A stretch of DNA of 64,000 nt from the human T2T-CHM13v2.0 reference genome, Homo sapiens: assembly GCF_009914755.1 (NCBI RefSeq), contig NC_060931.1; one strand, written 5' to 3'. The first letter of the stretch is position 1. Each line of letters begins with the position of its first letter. The notes under the pieces are model-generated. The model saw only the letters and a list, made by a program, of their open reading frames with translations, was not told the origin of the DNA and made no database searches. Made by a program: the position numbers and the translations under genes. This document shows positions 50,286-63,945 of this stretch, in pieces.

Positions 50286-51639
50286 ATGCAGGGCCAGATT
50301 GTGCAAGGCTTCTTGAGGAAGAAAATTAGATCCACACACCATTTGGATCTGCACAGATTTGACCTTGTGAAGTTCAAGGTCACATGGACCCAGGATGTGT
50401 GCTGGGATGGGAGGGAGCCCAGCCATGTGGAAGACCCTACAGGAAGGAGCACATCGGGAGTCAGGCCATGTCCCCGCCATGTCTTCTTCCTTCCCTGTGG
50501 GCAGCCCTGTACCACAGGCTGATGCTCTCCCGACTCCACACCTCCCTGTACAAGGAGCTGTGGAAGCATCAGATAATGTCAGGGCAATGGGATCAGAGGG
50601 AATGAGCACTAGATCATAGTTCCGGAGACTTCCAGCACTAAAATTCCAATTCCTCATCCTGGTGTTTGTGCTGGAAAGATGAGTCTCAGCACAAAATGGG
50701 AAAAAGTAGACAAACAGCAAAGGAACAGTCAGCCTTGCTTTGTGTGCACATCCTCGGCATTCCCCTGGGTGCTATCCAGAAACTACGTATCTCACTCCTT
50801 CACGCCAAACTGCCCATAGTGGGAGGAAGTGTTCTCAATCTGAAGACTGCACTGAGTGGCAGCCCTGTGCACAGTGGAAAACCAAATTAGCCTTTTGAAC
50901 CTGCAGCCACAAGTTTCCACAAAGTCTGGTTTGGGAGCTCTTCCAGCATGGGGTGTGTCCCATCATGTTGGCAGGCTGCTGAGCAGAGGTGTGGACCTCA
51001 TTAGCAGAGGCCATGGGGGGCGTGGATGCAGCCTGTGAGAGACTCACTCGGTCCTGTGGGTACCACTGAGTTGGCCTCTCTGCCTCCCTGGGATGACGCC
51101 AAGTCTTTGCCGGGAGAATGAGTCACTGAGCTGATGGGAGTAGAAGATCAAGTGGGCCTCACAGATTCAAAAGCCACTACTGAAATTAAACGACTCTGTC
51201 CCAGATACAGTGGGGAACTGCTGCCCCAGGTTTAGAACAGCCCCACCCTGACATTTTTCCTGTTGAACACACATTTTTCTCGGTTTATCTACTCTTTAAC
51301 TCCAAATTGTACAAAAACTATAAAGTGAGGAAGTCGAAGGAGAATGACTTTCCTGTATTCTCCCAGCAGTATTATGCCTCATGCCTAACTAATGTCATCC
51401 TGTGTCCACTTTCAAAGCACTTCCTCATTTATCCCCTCTCTCCAGCTCGTGAGCCCTGAGGATGGGCAGCCTATCTTCCACTCCCTCAGAATGTCTTCAC
51501 ATCTCCTAACAAAGGATGAACAAAGAACAGAGCCCTTCAGAACAACAGAAACACAGTATTGGAGCCAACCTCACATTGACTAATCCCCAGGAAGGCACAC
51601 AGGCTCAGGTGGGTAACAGTGGAGAAGTAACAGGAAGCA

Positions 51640-51800
51640 ATGCAAAGGGTGACACGGAGCAGCTGGGTTGAATCCCAGCTCTGCTGACCAGCTATGTGAC
51701 CTGGGGCATTCAATTTCTCCTCTGTGAACCTGTTTCTATGAGGTATATAATAACATGACTTATTTTTAAAGACTAAATAAAATACCATTTCTAAGGCCTC
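51640..51800 (+). mobile_element. MIR SINE
   Basis: ctgggttgaatcccagctctgctgaccagctatgtgacctggggca..ctctgtgaacctgtttc. Confidence 0.8.
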
Positions 51801-51859
51801 TGACACATTCCTGTCCCAGAGCTACTTTTTTTTGGAATGTTTATGTATATCACTGCTAG

Positions 51860-52520
51860 TGACAAAAGAGACATGCATGAATCCAACGGACAACGATATA
51901 AACAATATAGTGCAGAACACAAAGGAAGGAGTGGTCATTTAAGGCAAAGTAGGATAGCATTACAGAGGAGCAACATGAGCCAGGCTTGAATGAATGAGCA
52001 ATGTTTTGCTAGAAGAAAAGTGTGGGGAAGGCATTCTTGGAAAGAGAATACTATTGACCAAAGGGCAGAGACACAACAACGTGCTGTATATACCGGGAGG
52101 GGGAGCTGTGCCATGTGGTTTCACGTGTGGCATCTCCTGGTGGCCCAGTGAGGGATAAAGCCAGATAGTCAGGGCCACCCAATGGAAGATTTTTTGATGA
52201 ATAAGGAATAGGGATGTTATCCTTTAGGCAGTGGAAACCCACTGAAGACAAGAAAGATCTTTTTATCTGAGGAGGACAAGATGCATTTGAAGAAAGAATG
52301 GGAAGAGAGATCTTTCGAGACTACTGAACCGAAATGAGGACCTGAAGCAGAGGTGTCGTCATGGGAAGTGAGGAGGAAGAAGAGAAGGATAAAAAATATA
52401 GTGGGAGGGGAGGTGATGGTAATTTCAGATTACAGATAATGGGGTAAATGAGGTGAAGGGGTAAGAAGGGCATGGGCAGCTTGCAGCGTGAGCAGTGGTG
52501 GATGGTGTCCTCATTAAGTG
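51860..52520 (-). mobile_element. L2 remnant
   Basis: Purine-rich L2-antisense text (gaaggcattcttggaaagagaat..ttatcctttaggcagtggaaacccactgaag). Confidence 0.65.
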
Positions 52521-54755
52521 GCCCATGGCAGGTGCCCTGTGGGTTAAGCTGAATTGCATATTGGGTCTTAGGCAATAACTCTAGTCAGTTACTTGTTTCC
52601 TTTTAAGACTTCGAAAACCTCTCTTGATTTATATATATTTAGTGAGCCAAGGGAAATACATAGTCAGATCAATATTAAGCCAGCAGTAAAACCAGCAAAT
52701 CAATCAGCTGTCCAGCCAAAGTTTTCTGATAATGAGGGCTGATGAAGATTTGAGTTCACTGGTTTCTGTCTCAATACAAATTGTGACCAGGTAGAACACT
52801 AAGACCTAGAATTCAACAAATAGTGACTGAAAATATTCTTAACCTAGGTTAAATTTAGGAGGAAGTGAATAAGGTCTCACCCTCATCTGCAAAACTTGCC
52901 AAATTTGTCCCTCAAAAATATTGTTTTATTTATTGGGAGGAAAAAGTTGTGTGTATGTAAGAGTGTAAAAATGAAATATCCAAGTCCTTTTTGTATTTTC
53001 AGGCTAATATTTAACTTTTCAGAGAGTACACAATTTATGAATTCAACTCATTCCTATTATAATTAGAATTTATGTTGAGTTTCATGAAATTGTTTATTCT
53101 TTTCTCCTTGAGCACCTCTATTTGACATTTACAAATCAGAGTTGAAAGGGTACCTTTTCCAGATATTTTTTCCTTAGGCTATCTTCATTTACATAAGAAA
53201 CATAGCTTCCTAGTCTATCCCTACAGACGAGGTTAGTTCCTCCAGATGTAATTAGTAAGAGAAAAACCCCTTAGTATTCCACTTATTGATTTAATCAAAC
53301 ATTCTGCTAATCCAATATTCTCCAAACAGGATTTTGATAACTTCCTGGATGCACATTGTAATTACAGAGCAGTGGTTGGGAAGCAGCTGAAGGGGATGAC
53401 CTAGTTCCACGTGGGCCTTCCCAATCACACTGAGCCTCTACTTCTTTAGCAATGAGGGCCTCTGACATGAAACTCTAATTCTTGGCCTCCTTCAAGCAGT
53501 CACAGTCAGAGAATATTTGAAGGGAAAAGGCCTTTGAGATCATCCAGTTCAGTTTTCCCAACACGGGTCCAGGATGTCATCAGTCACAACTGACGTTCCT
53601 GGAAAAAAGATATCATGGCAAGGTAAGTTTGGGCTAAAACTGCATATCACACCCCTTCTGGGAGCCGTGGAGAATTTCAGCTTAAAATAGCTTCTAAATC
53701 TTATGATAAATAAGCAAATTGCATTGAATCCAGAATTTTCCAAACTTATTAGATCATCTTTCCCCTACTTAATGCCTTTGAACATTTTTTAGAACTTTTG
53801 GAAAGCAGAGATCTAACCCACCCTCTCCCCAACTTAAAGCTAAGACCCAGAGAGTAAAGGTGTGTGCCTGAGTTCCCTCAGTCAGGACCCTTGGCTCCGG
53901 CTTCTGAACCGGCCACTGACGAACTGCCTGGTTTATGTTCATGTTGACTCTCACTACACCTGCAAAAACTTATTTCTCTATGAGCAATGTGTTTCAGAAG
54001 GACCTGGACATGTCTGGCTGAGGCATTTTCCATGGTGATCTGCTCCGTAGTTGTTTTGGCGTCTTGCAGGGGCTACTCTTGCTTTATTTTTTTGTATTGT
54101 GGAGCTGCAGGCTGAAGTCTGACTCTCAGGTTGGTATATCCTGCAGGCTCTTGGGACAGGAGCTCATTCTGTGGACCGCACTGGAGAAACAGAGGCTGGA
54201 AGGCTTTGTCCTCCCCACCTGCCCCCATCTGATGTGAGATCTGAGGCAGGGCCACTGTCAGGCCTGGGATTAAACATCAGGTAAAACACAATGATGTGCA
54301 AAGTCCCCTGAGCCCTATATCAGTGCCATGAGAAACATGAGTGTTTCAGATACACTTTCCCTCATGGCATCCAGCACTCAAGAAGGTCTTTAAAAGAGAA
54401 TTGAGGAAAGTAACATCATCCTGCTTTGACCTTCTTCCAAGTTAAGTGAGAGCATTCTCACATAGCATTACCCTATGAAATCAGGGTAGATAGTGTGACA
54501 TAATCCTACAGATGAGGAAACTGGCCTACAGTTTAAAAGAAACACTCCAGATCTTACAGCTGGCAAGTTTTAGCAACTCACTAGATGCCAGGTCTGTTTT
54601 TTTACAAAGTCCCATCAAGACCCATTTTTCAGTGGCAACGACTAAGGAACGACCTTGAGGAAGCTGAAAGTTCTGCCTTCTAGGACACATCCCTGCCAAC
54701 AGCTTTGGCTGATGTCACACACCCCTCACTAGTTCCTCTTTGTCTTCTAGCTTAA

Positions 54756-55424
<669 letters not shown>

Positions 55425-56215
55425 CATGTCTATGTTTTCAAAAGGTTAAGTCAACAGGGAAGGAGCTAGGAGGGTGAGGTTGGGCCCCCTGTTGCTTTCT
55501 GCTTAGCAGCTCTGTCCTCTAAAAATGAACTCTGGTCCACAGTTTTGATATGAACCATTCCTGGCTATAAGCAAAATGGTACTAGAAATAGCTTTCACAC
55601 CGAGGCACAAAACTGACTCAGGCTAGCTAGATAAGCCTCTTGTTAATGTCACTTGTTAAAGTTGGTGACACTAGCCACAATGAGTGTATTGCAGGAAATG
55701 TTCATTAAGTTCCTGACCAGCTTCTATAATCTTCCTCTCTGACATTTCCAGGATGGGATGACCTCTACCATAAAGTTGGAGAACTTCTAAAGATGGCATG
55801 TGCGTAGAAAGAACTTCCCAGGCTTTTCTTCTTGGGGGTGTGTCGGGGGGTGGTGGGTTTTTAAGAATCTCTGATGGAGATGTTAGGTCCTCAACAAGGT
55901 AGAGAAGATGCAAAGCTCAACTGACAGTACTCACCATTCCCTTTTCTGCCCAGGACGGCATATTCTGCAGCTCTGGTTGCTAAGCTAACGCTGGGAACTG
56001 TGGAAAGTTACCCTTTGGTAAGTTGCAAATGCTGCATGAATGATTCTGTAGTTATACTCCCCAGGGTCAGGGAGAAGACCCAGCAGTAACAATCAGATTT
56101 GAGTCCCTGCTAAGATTGCCTTTGGAGCAGTGTCCCAGGCATGGCTGCTGTCAGATGAGACAACTTACTTTTAAATGTATCTTATTTTGTAAATGTATTT
56201 TTTAAAAATAGTCTC

Positions 56216-56595
<380 letters not shown>

Positions 56596-57222
56596 TCATG
56601 TCTAGCCTTTTTATTTTCAAAAAATTTTGTTTTAGATTTAATGTCAAACTTAATTTTAATTGTACGGTCCAATAGCCATAGTCCACAGGGCTGCAAATGT
56701 GACTGATCACTCTGCAGCTTGTTCCAGCATAAAATTCATGCAATTCGTATTTCAGGGATGTGGCAAGTCATGCATGGGGCAGAGAGGCCCGCTGTGCCTG
56801 TTGGGGGTAAGGTAAACCTCAGAGATGCTGGCCATGTGGGCCTGCTCCTGTGTTGCCAGGCATCCCTCTGTGGAGACGTTCTTGGGCTTTCTTCCACCGT
56901 CATTGCTACTGTCAGTCCCATTCGCTCAGGCACACTTCCGAGCCCCTTATCTTTGTGTTAATAGGAACAAAGATTTCAGCTTCTCTCTGTGAGGTAGAAC
57001 CAACCTCATGTCCTTCTGTGGGTCAGGTGTGGCTTAGCCTGCTGCTACAGCAACCACAGACATCAGAGCTGGAAAGCAGCTTGTGAAATGAGGGAACAGC
57101 TGAGAACAGCTTCAGAAAGGGAACGCTGTCTTCGTTCTTGGACAGAAACAGATCACAGTCTGGCCAACATTGGGAAACAACGCCATTGGAAATAATGATT
57201 CCTTCCCATCCTCAGAAAGAGC

Positions 57223-57248
57223 TGTGTGTGTGTGTGTGTGTGTGTGTG
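57223..57248. repeat. (TG)13 microsatellite
   Basis: Perfect tgtgtg run. Confidence 0.9.
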
Positions 57249-58404
57249 ATGCTGCCCCTGTTTCCCCCAACTCCCCCAGCATGACCAGAAAGCTGGAGGC
57301 AACAGCAGATAGCAGTCCTGGGCTGGACGACAGAGGCTCACTTGGGTGCACAGCTCGTGTACAGCAAGCAGCTCAGCTCCAAGTTAGTGAGGGCCGTGCA
57401 TGAGGGGAAGTCTTCTCCAGCGCAAGTAAAGCCCTTTTCTTGACTACATTTCCTCACCACAGATTTTAATCTATACCTAAAATGCCTCTTATCTGTACCT
57501 AAAGCAAATGCAGTGTATTCTTGGCAAAAGAAAAATGGTTATATTTTGATATCCCTTTTCTCTTGGAAAATATTTTCTTAAAATGTCTACAGCAATCATT
57601 GGAATTAGCTTTTTGACTTTGAGATATTAATTTAATTGCTTAAAATGACATAACTTAGTATAAAATGCCCAAACCATATCAATTATGGCTAATCTGACTG
57701 CAAGGTTAGCGTTATGTTTAATTGTTCAGCAACAGAGAATACTTTTTTAAAGTAGTGAAATCCCAAAGGCAAAGAAGAAGAGGGGATACAGCTGACTGAA
57801 TGTAATTATGATGGATTTAACTATGCTCCACCATCCCATCTTGAAATCCCCCAAGGAGCTGGAAGGGGTGGGAAGAGCAAAAGAGACTTTGAAAAAAGTG
57901 TTATGGTGGCTTGGGGTTTAGAAGTGAAGAAAATCGGTATAACTAGAAAATAGGGATATTTTGACTCAAATTACACAGAAAGTCTTTAACAGCAGCAAAA
58001 TGAGTATATTCGGAAGGCAAACTGGGGCTGGCCTCATGAGCTAGGGGCCTCCTTCTTGGCATACAAATCCTTTTCAATGTCTGCAAACTGTTTAGACGGG
58101 TTTGAAATGCTATCGTTCTGCACCAAATGTATTTCAACCCCATTTCCAGGTGCAAATTCAAGCAGAGACTGAAGCATGCAGCAAAGGAAGGTGACAAGAC
58201 AGAGAAGCCCCTGAAAATTCAGGTTTCGAATTGTGATGCTCGATGGACACTCCTGAAAGCTACACCCATGTTCATCTTGGAAGCAAAATCCTGTGGACAT
58301 GTTTAGCTGATCTACCAAGAGGGCAGGCTCCTGGTCTCTCCTTGTTGTGTAAGGAAAAACGACCACCAAATTGTTCCTAGCAAATGACAAGCCCTCATAA
58401 GATG

Positions 58405-58527
58405 AGAGCACGTCCAGGTTTCCCTGTCTCGACGTGAATGTTTTCATCTGTCTCGATGTGAATGTTAATAGCACCACTCTTCTCTCTCTAATGACCCCAT
58501 TTGGATAAAAAATTATATGGTCACCCT
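58405..58527 (-). mobile_element. MER94 hAT-Blackjack fossil with internal 24-bp duplication
   Basis: acgtccaggttt..ttaatagcacc..tttggataaaaattatatggtcaccct matches MER94; ctgtctcga(c/t)gtgaatgtt occurs twice. Confidence 0.75.
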
Positions 58528-59689
58528 ACTTAAAGGTCGATTTCCCCTTATGTCAACTCATCATAGCCCTATTTCACAATCACACATTTAACCAACCAAC
58601 CAACCAAAATGCTAAATTCTATTCACATATATGATTATAAATGGACCATTTCTAGACAGTTTTCCTACCTCTCCCAGAACCAAAATGAATATTGAAGATG
58701 TTTGAAATTTCACCTTCAAGTCCAAAGATCCCTACACCATGAATAGCCGTTTCTCTAATATCTTTCTGATTCAGTATCCCAAGGAGGTACCACTTCTTAC
58801 AGTGAGCACATAATGGATGGAATCAAGAATTGAAGAGCCTGAATTCTACCCAGTTAAGAACTGCATTTGGTTCTTCCAGATGACAATTTTCACTGAATTC
58901 CTGGAGCAATCACAGAACTAAGAGGACCCTAATAATCAGGTACCACAAAGCTGGCAAACACTTGTGTCAAAGTGGAAATGGACTGTGTCAGGAGGCAACC
59001 GATGGCTCTGCTAGGGAGGCCAGAAGATGATCTGTTTGTGGCCCATTAACTCTAGGTTCTTCTGAACACAATAGAGTCTCTGCTTTAATCTGTGCAATGT
59101 GAACCCATTATCTTCACCCTCGCCTCTAGCCACAGGGGTCATCCGTAAACCCAAGGAGCCATCACACCGAATGTGCACCAGCAGAAGAAAGCCAGTAACA
59201 GTGTGAATTCATTTTTGTGCACTGATAAAATAACCAAAGCCTGTGCCCTACCGATGGGGTGTTAGAACAATGACTTCCTTGTAAGAGGCCATGGCACGTG
59301 GATTGACTGCCAGGCCTGGAAGCGTTTGATGCATTCACACTCAGGTGCATTGCTCTTTAGTGGTCATGTTAGGATCCTTACACATCATTTCATTAGGTTT
59401 CTTAGCTTTGCTCTTCTCTAATGCGACTACTTTTTATTTAATAAAAGTAAAAGGAACATAATTTAATATATACATGTTTGTTTTACACTAGAATTTTCAG
59501 AAATGTAGGCGGTATATAAACAGAAGCAGGTAGGATTCTGAAAGGACTTCGAAGAATGAGTTTTCACGTCTTAGTTTGCATCCTGCTGTGTTCCTGGCTT
59601 CTCTTTGCAGAAAGGTTTCTGAGTCCACACAGTGGAGTGTCATGTCTCCCTCGTCTCCCATTTACCCTTTCGTGTGCCCTGATCTGGTT

Positions 59690-60660
59690 TCTACAGGCAC
59701 TGCTCCTAGTGATATTTTAGTAAACGGTTCCTAGTGATGTCTCCAAAGACCTCCACACTGCACACCAATGGGCTGCGCCCTGACTGCATCTCAGCTGTTG
59801 GAACGTCATCTTTTCTTCTGGCTGTCCTCCAACTCACCACACACACACCTCAGCCCCCTCTGTTGGGATCTCTAAGGGCCCTCTCCTCTCTTTTCCTGCT
59901 TTTTCTTCCTAGGTATGGTCATTCATTTCCAGGTTCGGAACACAATCTGTGTGCTAACTACTCCCACATTTTATTTCTAGTCCAGGCCATTTCTCTGAGT
60001 GTCATTTCCTCAGAGCTGACGTTGCCACTTGGGCATCTCACGGATCTCCCAGCTTCACCGGCCCTGCACACTTACCCCCATCCTCCCGCCCTTCCCTGAG
60101 TCTTCTCAGTGACAGAAAATGGCGTCCATATTCAACCAATTGCTCAAAAAGCACAAAGCATAGATGCCATCATACTTCTTTCTTCCACTCTGTTTGCAAG
60201 TCAAATCCATCAGGAAATTCTACATATTGTATTGTTTGGGATATTTTTGAAACCATTTACTGCTTTCTATCTGCACTGTTTAAAACACATCAATGTCTTC
60301 CATGGCATTTAGAAGAAAACACTAACTCCCTGTCCACGTTCCCATCTGCCTGCTCCCACAGTGCTGGTGCAGGCTGCTTCCTGTCCCTCTCTGCATCAGT
60401 CCCTGGCCCTCTTACATGTCCCATGACAAGCTGCACCCCTGCCCCTCTCCAGCCTCTGGAGATGCAGTGTCCCTCTCATGCTCTCACCCTCCTCCCCTGC
60501 TCCCGCTCTCCACCCATTTGGCTTCTCATCCCTTACACTCTGCTTCAGCCAAGGGATTCTTCCTTAACTACCAGCTCTGTCAAAGATCATTTTCTCCCAG
60601 CTCATCACTGCACAGCCAGCACCCTGCATATTTCTTCATGATGACAGCAAAGACTTGAAA
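59690..60660 (+). mobile_element. L2 remnant
   Basis: Pyrimidine-rich L2-sense text (tgtgctaactactcccacattttatttctag; tcagtgacagaaaatggcgtccat; caaatccatcaggaaattct). Confidence 0.6.
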
Positions 60661-60714
60661 TGGTGGGAGAGACAAATAAACAAGAACTAAGCAAGTGGAG
60701 GAGTGGAACTTCAT

Positions 60715-61095
60715 TCCCAGGTAAGCCCTGTGAGCAGACAGCACATCTGTCCCCAGGTAATCATAGTGAGTGGGTGGCACATCTATCCCAGGTAAGCCCC
60801 GTGCATGGGCGGCATGTCTGTCCCCATGTAATCATAGTGAGTGGGCAGCATGTCTGTCCCAGGTAATTATAGTGAGTGGGTGGCACGCCTGTCCCAGGTA
60901 AGCCCCGTGCATGGGCAGCATGTCTGTCCCATGTAATCATAGTGAGCGGGCGGCACATCTGTCCCAGGTAATCATAGTGAGTGTCCCCAGGTAAGCCCCA
61001 CGAGCGGGCAGCACAACTGTCCCCAGGTAAGCCCCATGAGCGAGCGGCACATTTGTCCCAGGTAAGCCCTGTGAGCAGGCGGCACATCTGTCTCC
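60715..61095 (+). repeat. ~35-bp minisatellite (11 units), each carrying a 5' splice-site-like CAG|GTAA(G/T)
   Basis: Two unit types: cccaggtaagccc(c/t)gtg... and ccca(g/t)gtaatcatagtgagtggg..., both ending gca(c/t)(a/g)tctgtc. Confidence 0.93.
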
Positions 61096-61589
61096 TGCAC
61101 CTGGTGCTAGCCTACTGATAAGCACAGAGGCCCCACCCGGGGGTGAAGGAGCACACGGGTCACTCTCCAGTCTAACCCTGATGTTTGCAGCCCTGGCACT
61201 GGCACCAACAGCCCTCAAGGAAGAATAGAATTAGATCTGGGAGAAGCAAGCTATCAGGAAGTAAATGATCATGTATCCTGGTTTATGAAATACCACTTAT
61301 TATTACTAGAAATGAGCTATACCCCTAACAATTTTAAGAGCAAATACCTTCATGTAAATGTGGATCAAATGCTTCAGAAAGAGCTTTCAGATTGAGCTTT
61401 AATTGAATTTAAACTAAATATAACAACTTTACAAGACTGCTTCAAAGAAAGCCCTGAAATTCATTTTGAAAGCAGAAGTCATTCCGGATCTTGGGAGGAC
61501 AGAAGTACAAGGCTCAGGCAGTTATTTACTGATGTAATTAATTGATATTGGTCAAACACAAAAGTCTTTGAGGATCGTTGAAGGCAATT

Positions 61590-62040
61590 CGGTCTGCGGG
61601 AGTTCATATTCTTTATTACGGTTTGTTTCCCTGGAGACCTCATTTTCCCCTGTTATAAATAACCCCAACGTGTCTTGCCAGTCCAGGTGTCCGACCCTTT
61701 GATACGATTCTGATTTTTCGGACAGAAAAACAGTGCCCGAGGATCTGTCCCTGGCTGCTGTTGGCTGCTTGTTGAAGATCCACTCCACGGCTGCTGGTAT
61801 GAGGAAGTAAGGCGGGCCTGATGGTCAGAGGGAGGAGGAGGATGGGCAGAGGGAGGAGAGTCTGATGCCAGAGGGAAGAGGGTGATGGTCAAAGGGCGCA
61901 CAGTGATGATCAGAGGGAGGAGGATGATGGCCAGAGGGGGAAGGGTCTGATAATTCGAGGGAGGGGTCTCGAGGCTCCATGTGAAGTAGGTCTGATGACC
62001 AGCGCTCAAAGTTCATAAGTCAGTCTAATAACCTAAAGAA
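61590..62040 (-). other. Candidate non-coding terminal exon (unverified)
   Basis: Minus-strand polypyrimidine tract with tandem acceptors (tattctttctactgtccatag|ttctttag|), AATAAA at 61612-61617 and a downstream GU-rich element; locally high CpG. Confidence 0.3.
61815..61970. repeat. Degenerate ~21-bp repeat (tgatggtcagagggaggagga)
   Basis: About 6-7 recurrences of tgatg(g/a)(t/c)cagaggg. Confidence 0.7.
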
Positions 62041-62109
62041 CTATGGACAGTAGAAAGAATACAGCGACATACAAGAGGGCTATTACATACTGGACATTAT
62101 AATCTGTGC

Positions 62110-62270
62110 TTCAAGATATTGTTGCCAATTATTACAGCAAATTGCTAAAGTGAGTATTATTATGACTTCTATTACCCACATGAAGAAACACAAGCTCACA
62201 GAGACTAGGAAACAGGCTCAAAGTCACTCAGCTAGTAAGTGATAGGGAATTTAACTCCCATCTCTTTCTA
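62110..62270 (-). mobile_element. MIR SINE
   Basis: acccacatgaagaaacacaagctcacagaga..ctcaaagtcactcagctagtaagtg. Confidence 0.7.
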
Positions 62271-62994
62271 GTAACTTAGGTTTATTTTATATAATAGATG
62301 GGAGGTATGCTTGTTAAAATAAGTCATTTCAAGATCATATCACAGGTTTGTAGGCCACTTCTTCTTTCCTTGACTATATTTGGTTCTCTTTCCAGTGTGA
62401 TTTTTAACTGGATCCTCAGTACCCGAAATTCTTTACATTTCCACGTCACCACTGCTGCCCCTCCACACCACGCCACCACCACCTCTGATCAGTACACAAC
62501 ATGCAAATGCACAGGGGATGATGTGGTGATCCGTCTGTGATGGGAACAATCATTCCTCATCCTTATTTTATACCTTTGGGCTCCCATAAGGTAATTACTG
62601 TCAAACCAACTTTCACATAGGTCTGGAGAGAAATGAGTCCATTGTTTCTAAAGCTGTGTCCTTCCTTAGCTTTACATGCAAATTTCTAAATTGTACTAAA
62701 TGTAAAATAAGATATTTTAGTTGAAGAGAATAGTCTCATGTGTTTATTTTCAGTAATTACTATAATTGTGAGAAATGTAGTCAGTCCGTTGAAAGGTCCC
62801 TAGGATGATGTGACACTTTAAATAGACAGCTAAAATAATATATATTATAGTTGAACTGGGAATCTACAATATGGCTTTAGAAAAAGAAAACAATGAATTT
62901 TTGTTTGTTATTGTGGACACGACACTGGCATGCTCTGGCGGGAACACCTACATTAGAAGCGAGGTATATTAGGGATTATTAGACTCCGCCAAGC

Positions 62995-63945
62995 CCAGCA
63001 GAATACACATGTCCCCCCAGTGCACCTGAAACATTCTCTAAAATAGACTGTATGTGAGGTCACAAAACAAGTCTTCATAATTTTTAAAAGGTTGAAATCA
63101 ACTCACACAAAGTGTCTTTTCTGATCACAACAGAATGAATTTAGAAATCAATAACAGATGGAAAACTGGAAAATACACAAGAATATTTGGAAATTAAACA
63201 CCCTGATAAATTACCAAAGTATTAAGGAGGAAACCACAAGGGAAACACAAAAATACTTTGAGCTGAGTAAAAACAAAAATACCACACAACATAGCAGAAC
63301 TTAGGGAATGCAATAAAAAGAGTAATTGGAAGGAAAATTATAGCCGTAAACATTTATATTAAGAAAGAAGAAAGATCTTGAATCCACAAACTACACTCTG
63401 CCTTACGAAACTAGCAAAAGAAGAGCAAGCTAAACCCAAAGCAAGCAGAAGGAAGGAAACAATAAATAATAGAGCAGAACTAAATAACATAGAGAACAGA
63501 AAAACAGTGGAGAATATTACCGGATTAGTCCGTTCTCATGCTGCTATGAAGAAATACCTGATACTGGTTAATTTATAAAGAAAACGGGTTTAACAGACTC
63601 ACAGTTCCACATGGCTGGGAGGGACTCAGGAAACTTACAGTTATGGAGGAAGGCGCCCCTTCACAGAGCAGCAGGAGAGGGAATGAGAGTCGAGCAAAGG
63701 GGAAAGCCCCTTAGAAAACCATCAGCTCTCCTGAGAACTCATTGTCACAAGAACAGCATGGGGGAAACCAGCCCCAGGATTCAATTGTCTCCACCTGGTC
63801 CTGCCCTTGACCTGTGGGGATTATTACAATTCAAAGTGAGATCTGGGTGGGGAAACAGCCAAACCATTTCATTCACCAAAACCGAAAGTTGATTATTTGA
63901 CAAGATGGAAATCAAACAGAGTTGAAAACCCTTTCGTTGGACTAG
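62995..63945 (+). mobile_element. L1 ORF2 (post-endonuclease) fragment split by a THE1 LTR
   Basis: gaaacattctctaaaatagac..tctgatcacaac..gaaatcaataac..aaagcaagcagaaggaaggaa; resumes after the LTR at accaaaaccgaaagttg. Confidence 0.85.
63521..63871 (-). mobile_element. THE1 (THE1C-like) MaLR solo LTR
   Basis: attagtccgttctcatgctgctatgaagaaatacc..cacagttccacatggctggg..ggggattattacaattcaa..cagccaaaccat. Confidence 0.92.

Noticed and set aside
52128-52146. CTCF-like motif (reverse complement gggccaccaggagatgc)
   Set aside because: It has several mismatches in the G-rich core and lies inside an L2 remnant; not supportable without ChIP data.
58034-58477. 147-aa minus-strand ORF with a protein-like C-terminus
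   Set aside because: It has a non-ATG start inside a MER94 fossil with a 24-bp duplication, no recognisable domain and no supporting exon structure.
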